Below are positions 28,782 through 38,461 of a stretch of 64,000 nucleotides of DNA, piece after piece (the first letter of the stretch is position 1; each line of letters opens with the position of its first letter). A program made the translations under genes and the position numbers. Location of the stretch: positions 124,001 through 188,000 of IMG/VR virus record IMGVR_UViG_3300025319_000005; one strand, given 5' to 3'. The notes under the pieces were generated by a model. That model saw nothing but the letters and a program-made list of their open reading frames with translations. It was not told where the DNA came from and did no database searches.

Positions 28782-30560
28782 TTATTTAATATTCGGATTT
28801 GGAACAAAAACCTTTGAATTCAAATCTAAAATGTATTTCTTATTCTCATTCAAAAAGTCTTTTTTATAGAATTTATACTCTAATTCAAATAAAGAGCCTG
28901 GTTTTTTCACGATTACAGTCTCTTCTGAATTGCTATTTATTTCCTTTACGTGTTCTTTGATAACTTTTATCGGCTCTTTGCATGGTTTTGAAGGAATAAT
29001 TGGCTTACTTGTATAATCACATTCATTTAAGAATTCATTAAGTTCTTCGTTCTCAACTATTGATTCATTAAGTTTGAAGCTTGTTAATTTTTTCCATCTT
29101 TCTTTTAAATATTCATCTGATGTTTTTTCTGTAACTAAGTATCTTTTATTTATTCCTTTTGCTTCATTTTCAGAAGTGGAGAACATTTTCTTTTTAGTTA
29201 AATCCAATCTTGCTTTTGGAGATTCGACAGATTCATTTTTTATACCATGTTTTTTTAAACCTTTTGAGGCAAATTCTAATTCTTCCGGACTATTAACTTT
29301 GATTCCATCCATTCCAGGTGCTCCAATGATGTGGTTGTGTTTTAAGTTGTCTAAGTTTTTTTGAGGAACTGTTGTCCAAAAATTATCACCTTCATTCATA
29401 GAAACAATTTTATATCCTTCTGCTATTTTGGGTCTCTTATTTGCTTTTTGTTTACCATATGCAGTTTCTTTTACTGTTTTTTTAAATGCATTAGGCGTAA
29501 GATAAGCGCCAGCTCCTGCACCACTTGGTCCGGAAGCTGTAACTCCTGCTCCAGCGCCACCTTCTTCATTAAGTTCCTCTGCTTTTTCTGTTTTAGAAAC
29601 ATGAATTTTATCTATATGATTGAAAAGATCTTTTTTCTCAATAGGAGTAAGAGATTTAAAATCAGATGTTCCAAATTTCTTTTTCATTTGACTCTTCACT
29701 AAATCAATATATTCTTCTTTTCCCATTGCGCTATTTTCAGCTCTTTCATTTAATTCTTTTTCATTTTTATCAAATAAAAGAGACTTCCCTTTTTCAGCTT
29801 TTTTATCGATTTTATCATAAGGACTTACTTTTGATAAAGGTTTAGTATTAGCATCTTTTATTGGTTTTATATTTTTTTCTTCTTTTTTTGATTCATTTAT
29901 TGAGCCAAATAATTCTTCCGAAGAGGAAAATATGCTTTTAAGTGTTAGTTTTTTCATTGATTGTTTATTTTCATTAACGATAGATGTTGTGCTTTTGTCA
30001 GTTTTATCTTCAACTCCAAGCTTAGTGTTTGATAGATAACCTACTTCTTTTTTTGCAGCTTCTGAAAAAAGTTCTTTCATAGCTTTTTGTAATTCTGCTT
30101 TTTTAGAAGCGTCAGCAGAAATTGATTTAATAAAAGCATAAGCTGTTGTACTTTTACCTGAATATTTATTAGAATCTACTCCTCTAAAAAATCCAGCTTC
30201 TGTAGTTCTGTATTCAACATTAACCGTTTTGCCATTAAATTCGAAATTGATATCAGACTGAACTCTTTTTACACCAAGTATTACTTGCTTTTCTAAGCTT
30301 GATTTAGTTTTACCAGCAATTTTTATACTGAATTTGTTTTGTTCAGTGCCGGTACCATAAGCTTTTCCAGTTCCGTAAAATCCAGCTTTCTTTTCATTTT
30401 TTTCAAATCCCATTTTGGAAAACGCATCTTCTGTTGTAGATTCAAGCAATTCTTTTGCAAGCTCTATAACACTTTCTTTTATTTCGACTCCCTGTTGAAA
30501 ATCGTCAGTTCTTTTAACTTCTGGATTCGTAGAGGGTTCTTTATCTTTTGGATTAGCCAT
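28782..30560 (-). CDS. putative late multi-module protein
   Basis: TATTTA at 30581-30586; repeated INE/LNE/KNE junctions; LNEEGGAGAG..AGAYLTPNAF. Confidence 0.6.
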   Translation of the reverse strand: MANPKDKEPSTNPEVKRTDDFQQGVEIKESVIELAKELLESTTEDAFSKMGFEKNEKKAGFYGTGKAYGTGTEQNKFSIKIAGKTKSSLEKQVILGVKRVQSDINFEFNGKTVNVEYRTTEAGFFRGVDSNKYSGKSTTAYAFIKSISADASKKAELQKAMKELFSEAAKKEVGYLSNTKLGVEDKTDKSTTSIVNENKQSMKKLTLKSIFSSSEELFGSINESKKEEKNIKPIKDANTKPLSKVSPYDKIDKKAEKGKSLLFDKNEKELNERAENSAMGKEEYIDLVKSQMKKKFGTSDFKSLTPIEKKDLFNHIDKIHVSKTEKAEELNEEGGAGAGVTASGPSGAGAGAYLTPNAFKKTVKETAYGKQKANKRPKIAEGYKIVSMNEGDNFWTTVPQKNLDNLKHNHIIGAPGMDGIKVNSPEELEFASKGLKKHGIKNESVESPKARLDLTKKKMFSTSENEAKGINKRYLVTEKTSDEYLKERWKKLTSFKLNESIVENEELNEFLNECDYTSKPIIPSKPCKEPIKVIKEHVKEINSNSEETVIVKKPGSLFELEYKFYKKDFLNENKKYILDLNSKVFVPNPNIK

Positions 30561-30625
30561 TTTTAATACTTCTTTGTTAATAAATAGCAGAAAAATTGGA
30601 AAAGCTGTAATGTTCTGAAAACAAA

Positions 30626-30648
30626 AAATCCAGCAACATTGCTGGATT
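30626..30648 (-). terminator. intrinsic terminator
   Basis: AATCCAGCAA/TTGCTGGATT hairpin with adjacent A run on plus. Confidence 0.65.
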
Positions 30649-30653
30649 AATTA

Positions 30654-30917
30654 TTAAATTAAATTTTTGCTTTTCCAAACCTCCCAAATATCTCTTTCTA
30701 TGTCTGGAATACCAGGATTATCAAGATATAACTTACCTTTATAAAGATAACCTTTGAATCTTTTTTTTGTTACAGATGATTCTAAAATGCCAAATCTATC
30801 TTTTTTATTAAAAGTTACAGTATCAAAAATCTTTTTAGCATTTAACCAAAATTTATAATTCCATATTGCATTTAAAATATAAAATCGCAGAGTAGAATAT
30901 TTCCAGTTATTAACCAT
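30654..30917 (-). CDS. hypothetical protein
   Basis: 87-aa ORF. Confidence 0.55.
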   Translation of the reverse strand: MVNNWKYSTLRFYILNAIWNYKFWLNAKKIFDTVTFNKKDRFGILESSVTKKRFKGYLYKGKLYLDNPGIPDIERDIWEVWKSKNLI

Positions 30918-30920
30918 ATA

Positions 30921-31160
30921 CTAAAAAGGTAAAATTAAAGATATTGAACTACATATTAATAAAATACAAAATGCAGATAATAAAATCATTAAAGAAACAG
31001 AACTGAATGCCATTGCTCCAATCATAAATTTTTCAATTAAAGAACCAGATTCAGACTCTTGAGACTTTGTGAATTTTTTATATTCCTTTATTATAAAATA
31101 AGATACATATCCAAACGCTATACTTAATAGCGCTAAGAATATTTTAAGAATTATTATCAT
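30921..31160 (-). CDS. small two-TM membrane protein
   Basis: two hydrophobic segments. Confidence 0.6.
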   Translation of the reverse strand: MIIILKIFLALLSIAFGYVSYFIIKEYKKFTKSQESESGSLIEKFMIGAMAFSSVSLMILLSAFCILLICSSISLILPF

Positions 31161-31467
31161 GGTTTTCTAAATTATTGTTTTCTTTTATTTGAGAAAATTG
31201 CTCTTGTAGTGCTGCTGTTATTTCGCCAACTTGTTTAGTAAATTGGTCTGGTTTTTCGTTCCCATTCTTTATAATTGTTAACGTTTCTATCGTTGATTCA
31301 ATTTTAGAAAGTTCAGTAAAAAGATCAACAGCTTGATTAACAATACCGGATACTCCACTATCTGAAATATTTTTATTTAAAACCAAATCAAGTTGAGCCA
31401 AAACATTATCTCTTTGTGAATAAAGTTTTGACTCCACGGCTTTTAAAATTAAATTTTCTTTTTCCAT
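31144..31467 (-). CDS. hypothetical coiled-coil protein
   Basis: 107-aa ORF. Confidence 0.55.
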   Translation of the reverse strand: MEKENLILKAVESKLYSQRDNVLAQLDLVLNKNISDSGVSGIVNQAVDLFTELSKIESTIETLTIIKNGNEKPDQFTKQVGEITAALQEQFSQIKENNNLENHDNNS

Positions 31468-31473
31468 TGTATT

Positions 31474-32043
31474 TTACATATCTTCTAATTCAACTTGCTT
31501 CTTTCCTTTTTTTACTTTGCCTTCTTTTGCAAGTTTTTTCTCTTCTTTTCTTTCTTCTAAGTTTCTTCTACAGGCCAAATCGACTATCTCAGATGTACTC
31601 ATTACTTTATCTGCTCCAAAGAAACGCATATTTGATTTGTATTCTTTTGAGTCCGGTGGGTTTTTACCAACTTTTTGTTTTTCCATATCACCCATGTCAA
31701 TACCACAAAGAGCTTTGTCAAGCATAATTATTTTTTGTTCAGGAGTAATGTCCTTCCACACATCATAAAATACAGTTAAAATGAAGTCATAGGTATCATT
31801 AATCATTTTGTCCATATCATTTCTTTTGAAAAGATCAAACAATGAATAACTGCTTCCATCTTTTTTGGGTTTATCCGAATATAAGAATTTAATCCTATTT
31901 GGCTCGATGTACTCGTTGTGTTGTGTAGTTTTTTTGATATGATTAGCTATAAATAGCATCTCATCATCAGCATCTTCAAATTTTTCAATACTTTGAAAAA
32001 CGGGGGTAGCATTTTTCAGCTTTAATTCTAATTCTTTGTCCAT
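31474..32043 (-). CDS. phage metallopeptidase-like domain, catalytic HExxH apparently lost
   Basis: YDFILTVFYDVW..Q..IMLDKALCGI where the family normally has L.HEL.HI. Confidence 0.5.
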   Translation of the reverse strand: MDKELELKLKNATPVFQSIEKFEDADDEMLFIANHIKKTTQHNEYIEPNRIKFLYSDKPKKDGSSYSLFDLFKRNDMDKMINDTYDFILTVFYDVWKDITPEQKIIMLDKALCGIDMGDMEKQKVGKNPPDSKEYKSNMRFFGADKVMSTSEIVDLACRRNLEERKEEKKLAKEGKVKKGKKQVELEDM

Positions 32044-32108
32044 TGGATAATTTTTTATTTGTTTAGGTTACAAATATAATTAGCGCAAACGAGAAAATCA
32101 AATTTTTT

Positions 32109-34619
32109 TTATCTTTTAATTCTTGTGTTGAGAGGATTCATCAAAGTTTTTGTGTCAACTCCATCCTCAGGGTTTCTTATTTTTTTTTTGGTTTGATTTG
32201 AACTTTCTTGTGATTTTAATTGCTGTCTTACCCAATTTCTTCCAGCATTTCCGCCCCAAAGATTCCATTTTTGAATTAAAGGTGAATTATTGATGTTTTT
32301 TCCAGCAGCAAGCTCTTGATTAACAGCCTGCTCATTGTTTGTAAAAAAAGCCTCCATTCTCTTTAATTGAGCATGCGTCATAAGCTCTGCATTAGATAAA
32401 GAATTGGCTTTTTGAATGCCGGAGCCTTCATTCGAGGCATCTGATTGAACAAGTTTATTATTTTGAACAGCTTGTAGTGCTTGTTGAGCCGTTTTAATAA
32501 CATCACCAGATGGTTTAAATGTAGCTACTGTATTATCATTAGTGTCTGAATAACGAAAATTTCCACCTTCAAATAGGATTTTCCTAATAGTTGCTCTTAC
32601 TTTTTCTTCAAATAAACTTTTCATAGTAACATAATGTGCTAAATTTTCAAATGGAATAAAACCTTCCTTAACTCCTTTTTTTGTAAGTAATCTAATTTTA
32701 AATTTTCTGTTATGTATATTAGTCTCTAAAACTTCTATAAAATCACCATCTGGCATTTTAACAGAATTTCTTTCGCCATTTTTACTTATAAATCCTAAAT
32801 TTCTCAATATACGTCCTGCTTCTTCTGAGTTTTGCACAACTTCTGGAGTTGTTTGAAGTTGTTCCAAATCTTCTTCTAATAACCTCTCTATTTCTTCTTG
32901 CATATAGGATAAATCTTTTGGTTTCGGCCATATATTTTGCCAAGCATCATCTAATCCATATCCATGTGCTCCTGTAATTTTATTTACATCAGAATCTTTT
33001 AAATCTTCAAAATCTTCAATAACATCATTTGAATTAAAGTTTTTTTCAGCAATGTATCTTAAAAGTTTTGTCCAAGGAAAAGTAATAACATCAGTATTAA
33101 AATCTATTTTAAATCTTTGTTCTTTCCTTATCATTTTATCCCTTACTTTTGCAAATTCATCTGATTTTTTTTCATAAATTTCAGATATATATATTCTTTT
33201 TATATCTTCTGAATTTGGAAGAAATTCATTAATAAAATCCCAAATGCCTTCACCGTTATTACTTTCTTCGTCTATTGGTGTTTTTAAAAAATTTGATATT
33301 GTTTTTAATAATTTTTCATTTTGTTTTCCGAGCATATGGTAAGACATTTGTTTTTCTTCTCTACTTTCCCCTTCTTCTACTGCATAATGATTTTCAACAT
33401 AATAAAATGCACTTTCATCCTCATCTGAAAAACCTGCCCAATCTCTCCAATCATCACCAATATAAAGTTGAATTTCTTTATTATTAGCTTCAAAATTAGA
33501 ATACATTTTTTTATCATTAAAATCACTGTATCCAAAAACGCTATGAGGCTCATCATAACCTCTCATTACTGCTATTATTTTCTGCATAAACATTGGTAAT
33601 GATTTTATCTCTGCAGATTTTATTTTATAACCATTTGCTAATTTTGCTATAGGAGATAAATTTTTTATTTCTTCATCAGTTAAAGGAATTTTGTGTTTTA
33701 ATTTTAAATCAGGAGACATTTCTTTTATCTCTTCATCAGTTAAAGGAATTTTGAATTTTAATTTAGATTCAACAGGAATAGACATTAATTGCTCTTGATT
33801 TATGTCGATACCTAATAAATATCTATTTAATGGTAATATTTTTATGTTAAACAATGAAGAAATAAGCTTTTTAAAATCGGGATACATTTTAATAGTTTGA
33901 TTAATAGTATTATTGTGACCAAAATCAATATTTAATATTTCGCCCAATTTAGATATTAAATCAGCAGATTTCATTGCTGAATTTTTATCTGGAACTTTAT
34001 TAAAAGCACCTTGAAAATCGATTAATTCTTTTTTTGCTTTATCAAATTGAATAGCAATTTTCACAGAACCATCTTTATTAACAAGCATATAACCACCTTT
34101 ACTTTTAACAAATTCTTTAGCTCTACCAATTTCAGAAAAACACCAACCCCTTTCTTCTCCCACTTTCATACAAAAGTTTTTATCTTTAACAATAATCCAT
34201 TTAGAACCATCTGGATAATTTATTACTGCTTTTCCTCCAGATATTTCTTTTAAAGTTAGAGGGTCTATATTTTTACTTTCAAACCACTTAACTGCAGTTT
34301 CGTAAACTTTATCAAATGGCATATTTGATGGAAATTTTGGAAAATTAGATTGATTAATCCAATTTATTATAACTTTTAATCTTGCATCGTTTATAATTTT
34401 TTCATTCAATTTTAATTCAGAAGCAAACCAAGGTATGTATTGGTTTTGTTGAATCAAATTTTCATCTTCAGGATTTTTTACTGTTTTTTTAGAAAACTGA
34501 ATAACGGTATTAATTATATCTTCAGGAACCCTTTGAGAACGAAGTTTATCTATTCTATTCTCATTAAGTAAACCTGCGAGTGACATTAATTTTGCTATAT
34601 ATTTTTCAGATAAATTCAT
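32109..34619 (-). CDS. large multi-module protein with leader and C-terminal head-morphogenesis-associated domain
   Basis: MNLSEKYIAKLMSLAGLLNE; internal LFEEKVRATIRKILFE; LKRMEAFF..WNLWGG.AG..W. Confidence 0.6.
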   Translation of the reverse strand: MNLSEKYIAKLMSLAGLLNENRIDKLRSQRVPEDIINTVIQFSKKTVKNPEDENLIQQNQYIPWFASELKLNEKIINDARLKVIINWINQSNFPKFPSNMPFDKVYETAVKWFESKNIDPLTLKEISGGKAVINYPDGSKWIIVKDKNFCMKVGEERGWCFSEIGRAKEFVKSKGGYMLVNKDGSVKIAIQFDKAKKELIDFQGAFNKVPDKNSAMKSADLISKLGEILNIDFGHNNTINQTIKMYPDFKKLISSLFNIKILPLNRYLLGIDINQEQLMSIPVESKLKFKIPLTDEEIKEMSPDLKLKHKIPLTDEEIKNLSPIAKLANGYKIKSAEIKSLPMFMQKIIAVMRGYDEPHSVFGYSDFNDKKMYSNFEANNKEIQLYIGDDWRDWAGFSDEDESAFYYVENHYAVEEGESREEKQMSYHMLGKQNEKLLKTISNFLKTPIDEESNNGEGIWDFINEFLPNSEDIKRIYISEIYEKKSDEFAKVRDKMIRKEQRFKIDFNTDVITFPWTKLLRYIAEKNFNSNDVIEDFEDLKDSDVNKITGAHGYGLDDAWQNIWPKPKDLSYMQEEIERLLEEDLEQLQTTPEVVQNSEEAGRILRNLGFISKNGERNSVKMPDGDFIEVLETNIHNRKFKIRLLTKKGVKEGFIPFENLAHYVTMKSLFEEKVRATIRKILFEGGNFRYSDTNDNTVATFKPSGDVIKTAQQALQAVQNNKLVQSDASNEGSGIQKANSLSNAELMTHAQLKRMEAFFTNNEQAVNQELAAGKNINNSPLIQKWNLWGGNAGRNWVRQQLKSQESSNQTKKKIRNPEDGVDTKTLMNPLNTRIKR
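33660..33770. repeat. 60-nt tandem repeat within CDS
   Basis: two copies encoding KLKxKIPLTDEEIK. Confidence 0.8.
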
Positions 34620-34633
34620 AGATAGTTAAATGA

Positions 34634-35092
34634 TTAATCGTTAACCATCTTTTTTAACATTGTTTTTATGTCTAATGGTTGCCTTGAATTAAAACCCATA
34701 TTATTTAAATTCCAATTAATTTCTTCATAAAATCCTAAATTATTAATAGGTGCACCTGAATCAATTGCTCTTTTTATGGCTAAACTTAAAGCCTCATTAG
34801 ATTGAAGATAAGTATAATTTGGATTATACATTTTTACATTTTGTTCCGTGGTACTTGGCATGAATGTATTTACAGTCACCCCATTACTTGCATTATTAAG
34901 ATTGGTTGCATTTTTTTGAGGATTTGTAATCCACTCATCTATTCTTGCAATCTCCTTAAGTCTGCCTGCTTCTTTTAAAATAGCACTTTTATCCACCTTA
35001 TTTTCAGTGGTTTCTTTTAAAATCTCGTTTTTTTCTTCAAAAGACTTAACGAGTTTTTTCATCCTATCTTTTTCGCTTGTATTTTTGTTCAT
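34634..35092 (-). CDS. putative late protein
   Basis: ILKEAGRLKEIARIDE leader-like segment. Confidence 0.55.
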   Translation of the reverse strand: MNKNTSEKDRMKKLVKSFEEKNEILKETTENKVDKSAILKEAGRLKEIARIDEWITNPQKNATNLNNASNGVTVNTFMPSTTEQNVKMYNPNYTYLQSNEALSLAIKRAIDSGAPINNLGFYEEINWNLNNMGFNSRQPLDIKTMLKKMVND

Positions 35093-35110
35093 TTTTTATG
35101 ATTTTTATAA

Positions 35111-35599
35111 TTACCAACTTACGAATCCACTTATCGCTCCAGTATTAAAATTATCCCATCCTTTTGTTCTTGATTGATAATCTGATGTCGAATCTTTAGT
35201 AGATAACCCTATCATTCTGTCTGAATTTTTTGGCATGTCTTCATCTCCTATCAGCCCATTATATTCATCTACTATTTCTGACATAACTTTATTTACTGAT
35301 TGCTGGTGATGTTTTAAAAACCAAACCACAAAACCATATGTTGGATTTTCATCATCTTCTTGGCTTGTTCTTAGCCATTTAAAAAAGTTAATAGATTTTG
35401 TTTTAAATTGTGCATTTCTATTATCTTTTGTAGTGAAATCAATAATTATCACACCCTTCTCTGGTTTAATTTGTACATTAGAAACAGAACTAATATTATC
35501 AGGTGAAAATTTAGGTATTTCATTTCCTGTATCTTCTGATTCTAAAATTATATTTGAAAGCCAGGATTTAACACTAAGTTTCTTATTAAGTTTTTTCAT
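35111..35599 (-). CDS. putative late protein
   Basis: TATTTA at 35620-35625; leader ending IILE. Confidence 0.55.
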   Translation of the reverse strand: MKKLNKKLSVKSWLSNIILESEDTGNEIPKFSPDNISSVSNVQIKPEKGVIIIDFTTKDNRNAQFKTKSINFFKWLRTSQEDDENPTYGFVVWFLKHHQQSVNKVMSEIVDEYNGLIGDEDMPKNSDRMIGLSTKDSTSDYQSRTKGWDNFNTGAISGFVSW

Positions 35600-35647
35600 T
35601 ACAAACTACGATTTAAGATTAAATAGTCTGTAATAACTTAAAAATGT

Positions 35648-36118
35648 TTAAAACTTCTTCATATAATATTGAATATTGGGAGCTATTTTAAGATCAAAAA
35701 GAGGAGCATTGGAAATTGTTAATGTTTTTTCAAATTCAGGAATTGATTCTTTAATGTCTTTTTTGATTGTTTTCCATCTTTCTACTACGAATTTTCCAAA
35801 ATCAGATACAGAAATATTGTTTTTTATCAAAGTTATTTGTTTTTCCTTATCTGGCATGTTATACTGAACACATTCATCGGTATTTGAATCAAAAACTGTT
35901 ACAAAACTTTCTCCAGACATAAATTTTTGTTTTAATTTAATTTTTGATTTAAATGTTATAAGTTGTTTAGTGTCTGTTGTTCTATCAAATCTTATTAAAG
36001 TTTTATCTTTTATTATAAAATAAGAAATTACTTTATCAGCCTTATTAAGTTCTATATAATTGTAAAGTTCGTTTTGCTGATTGTATTTGAAAATATATTT
36101 ATTATTATTTTTTGGCAT
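35648..36118 (-). CDS. hypothetical protein
   Basis: start reassigned to ATG 36118. Confidence 0.5.
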   Translation of the reverse strand: MPKNNNKYIFKYNQQNELYNYIELNKADKVISYFIIKDKTLIRFDRTTDTKQLITFKSKIKLKQKFMSGESFVTVFDSNTDECVQYNMPDKEKQITLIKNNISVSDFGKFVVERWKTIKKDIKESIPEFEKTLTISNAPLFDLKIAPNIQYYMKKF

Positions 36119-36309
36119 ATATTTGGTATTTTTATAAAACAAACGAGTTTAGATGAGATTGGAAATAGTTAATAATTATTTGTTCTGCTTTTCTAAGTTT
36201 TTTTAAAAAAATTATAATTGTGAATGCGAATTTAAAGTTCACAAGATGATTCTGATGACACTATAATTGATGTTTTACTTGATAAAATATATTTAGAACA
36301 TAAGAATAA

Positions 36310-37266
36310 TTATTCCTTAAATATTTTAAAATATAGCTCTTCTATAGTTATGGAACATTTTTTATATTTCGAAGAATTTTTTCTCCATGTAATAAATTCA
36401 AGATTAGCAATATGCCCTATAACTTCAGGAGGAATATTGTTTCTGAAGCCCTCTGAAATTGAATATTTATGATCTAAATGATAAGCTCCTTCAGTTCTAT
36501 AATTTCCTCTTTTCTCATGATGAATAAGTGAACGTATTGGTTGTTTTTCTGTAATTGATTTGACTTTTCTATAATATTTTTGTCTTTCAGATAATGTTTT
36601 TTCATATTCCTCATAATTTAATCCTGTACGTTTAACAAAATCACATTCTGGACATCCTTGTTCGTGTCCTGTGTGTGCAAGTGGAATTTGAAGGAAGTCA
36701 CCATGTTCTTTACAGGTTATAAATCCTTTTGTGTGATTATTAATATATATAAAATTTACATATGTATATTTATTTTTATGAATTGCATTTGAATCGTTTA
36801 CAAACTTTTCATGTGTACCTCTTTGAGAGTTGCCTTTTTTTATTATTCCACATTCTGGACATCCTTGTTCTTGATTTAAATGAGCATCTGGAGTTTGTGA
36901 AAAACCTCCATGACTTGGACAAGTTATAATTCCTTTTGTGAAAGCATCAATATATATAAATTTATCGTATATATAAAAAGAATCATGAACATCATTTCCT
37001 TCTTTAACAAATGTTTCTTTTGTTTTTCTACATCTATCTCCAACTAATTCATTTGCACATTTTTTACATCCATGAATACTCAAATGATTTCTTGGTAGTT
37101 GAGAAAAATCTCCGTGTTTTTCACAAGTAATTATAATATGCGTATCCCAATTAACAAATATTGATTTAGGGTATGTATACAATTTATTATGAATATCATT
37201 TGCTCTTTCAATAAATGTTTCTGTTGTTATTTTTTCAATAACCAAACCGTTGTTATTCTTTAACAT
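36310..37266 (-). CDS. homing endonuclease-like protein with three DUF723-type Zn repeats and C-terminal HNH-like segment
   Basis: 3x F....N..H...Y.Y......IITC..HG.F.Q.P..H....GC..C; YHLDHKYSISEGF. Confidence 0.75.
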   Translation of the reverse strand: MLKNNNGLVIEKITTETFIERANDIHNKLYTYPKSIFVNWDTHIIITCEKHGDFSQLPRNHLSIHGCKKCANELVGDRCRKTKETFVKEGNDVHDSFYIYDKFIYIDAFTKGIITCPSHGGFSQTPDAHLNQEQGCPECGIIKKGNSQRGTHEKFVNDSNAIHKNKYTYVNFIYINNHTKGFITCKEHGDFLQIPLAHTGHEQGCPECDFVKRTGLNYEEYEKTLSERQKYYRKVKSITEKQPIRSLIHHEKRGNYRTEGAYHLDHKYSISEGFRNNIPPEVIGHIANLEFITWRKNSSKYKKCSITIEELYFKIFKE

Positions 37267-37444
37267 TTTTTATAAATTTTTTTTCAAGTATTTCACGTAT
37301 GACTTCTGCTACGCTTATAAAGTTGTTTTTTTCAGAAGACCTTTTTATTGCTTCTCTTTTTAATTCTTCATGAAGCTCTTTTGACATTCTCATATTTAAT
37401 TGAAAATTTTTTTTCATTGTTTTACAAGCTTTAGTGTTATACAA
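37253..37444 (-). CDS. ribbon-helix-helix DNA-binding protein
   Basis: FQLNMRMSKELHEELKREA..SVAEVIREIL. Confidence 0.7.
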   Translation of the reverse strand: MYNTKACKTMKKNFQLNMRMSKELHEELKREAIKRSSEKNNFISVAEVIREILEKKFIKNVKE

Positions 37445-37540
37445 ACATAAATAGTATAGAAAAAATGTAAACTCTTATTTAATTGTAATTAAGTGTTTAT
37501 TTTTACTCATTAATTATTTATTTTTAAAAATAAAACAACA

Positions 37541-38458
37541 ATGCGTAAATTCAACATTATCGGAGGCATGCCTAGATGTGGCACAACTTTAGCTGGACAA
37601 ATTTTAAATTCTAATCCGAATTTTCATGTGACACCAACTTCTTCAATTTTGGATTCATTAAAGAATATAAGAAGCACATTTAGTCACAACCCAACTTGGA
37701 AGGCTCAAGATAGATTAAAGCTTATGCCAAATATTAGAGCTTCTATGAAGGGGTTTTTAAATGGATTTTTTGAAAATGAAAATGTTGTGTTTGACAAAAA
37801 CAGAGGTTGGTCAAATAATATTTCTTTATTAGATGATGTTCTTGGAAATAATGACACAAAAATAATCTGGTTTTATAGAAATCCTGTTGAAATTATTTCT
37901 TCCATAGAAAGCCAACACAACAAGACAATACTTTTAGAAAACACTGATGAAGCTACTATTCCAGGAATGTTTATGTCGCTCGACCGGCGCATAGGAACGT
38001 ATACAAATGAAGATGGATTAGTTGGACACCCAGTTGCCACATTGAAAGACGCGATTGAGATGGGATATCTTTCAAGAATTTTATTTGTAAAATACTATGA
38101 TTTAACTAATAACACACAATTTGTTATGAACGCTATTCATCAATTTATAGGAGAAGATTTCTATGAATATGATTTAAAAAATGTTAAACAAACAACATAT
38201 GAATTTGACGGGACTTATAATTATAAATTTCCACACACAATAAAAGAAGGAGAGATAAAATGGAAAAAAGCAGATATGACTCTTCCTATGAAATATATAC
38301 AAGCAATAAATGAAAGATTTTCCACTCTTAATAAATTAATTTTTGAAGGTGATGTATCTGAATTTGCTGGAGAAGAATTTTCTTCACATCAATTAAATAT
38401 TGTTATGCCACCAACACAACAAAATTCGGTTATAGAACAAAATCCTTTTCAAATATAA
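37541..38458 (+). CDS. sulfotransferase family protein
   Basis: 5'PSB GMPRCGTTL; 3'PB FYRNPVEIISS. Confidence 0.85.
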   Translation: MRKFNIIGGMPRCGTTLAGQILNSNPNFHVTPTSSILDSLKNIRSTFSHNPTWKAQDRLKLMPNIRASMKGFLNGFFENENVVFDKNRGWSNNISLLDDVLGNNDTKIIWFYRNPVEIISSIESQHNKTILLENTDEATIPGMFMSLDRRIGTYTNEDGLVGHPVATLKDAIEMGYLSRILFVKYYDLTNNTQFVMNAIHQFIGEDFYEYDLKNVKQTTYEFDGTYNYKFPHTIKEGEIKWKKADMTLPMKYIQAINERFSTLNKLIFEGDVSEFAGEEFSSHQLNIVMPPTQQNSVIEQNPFQI

Positions 38459-38461
38459 TGT

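Noticed and set aside
36142-36310. Intron splitting a gene around the DUF723 endonuclease
   Set aside because: No in-frame exon pair could be joined across 36310-37266 and no intron core was recognised
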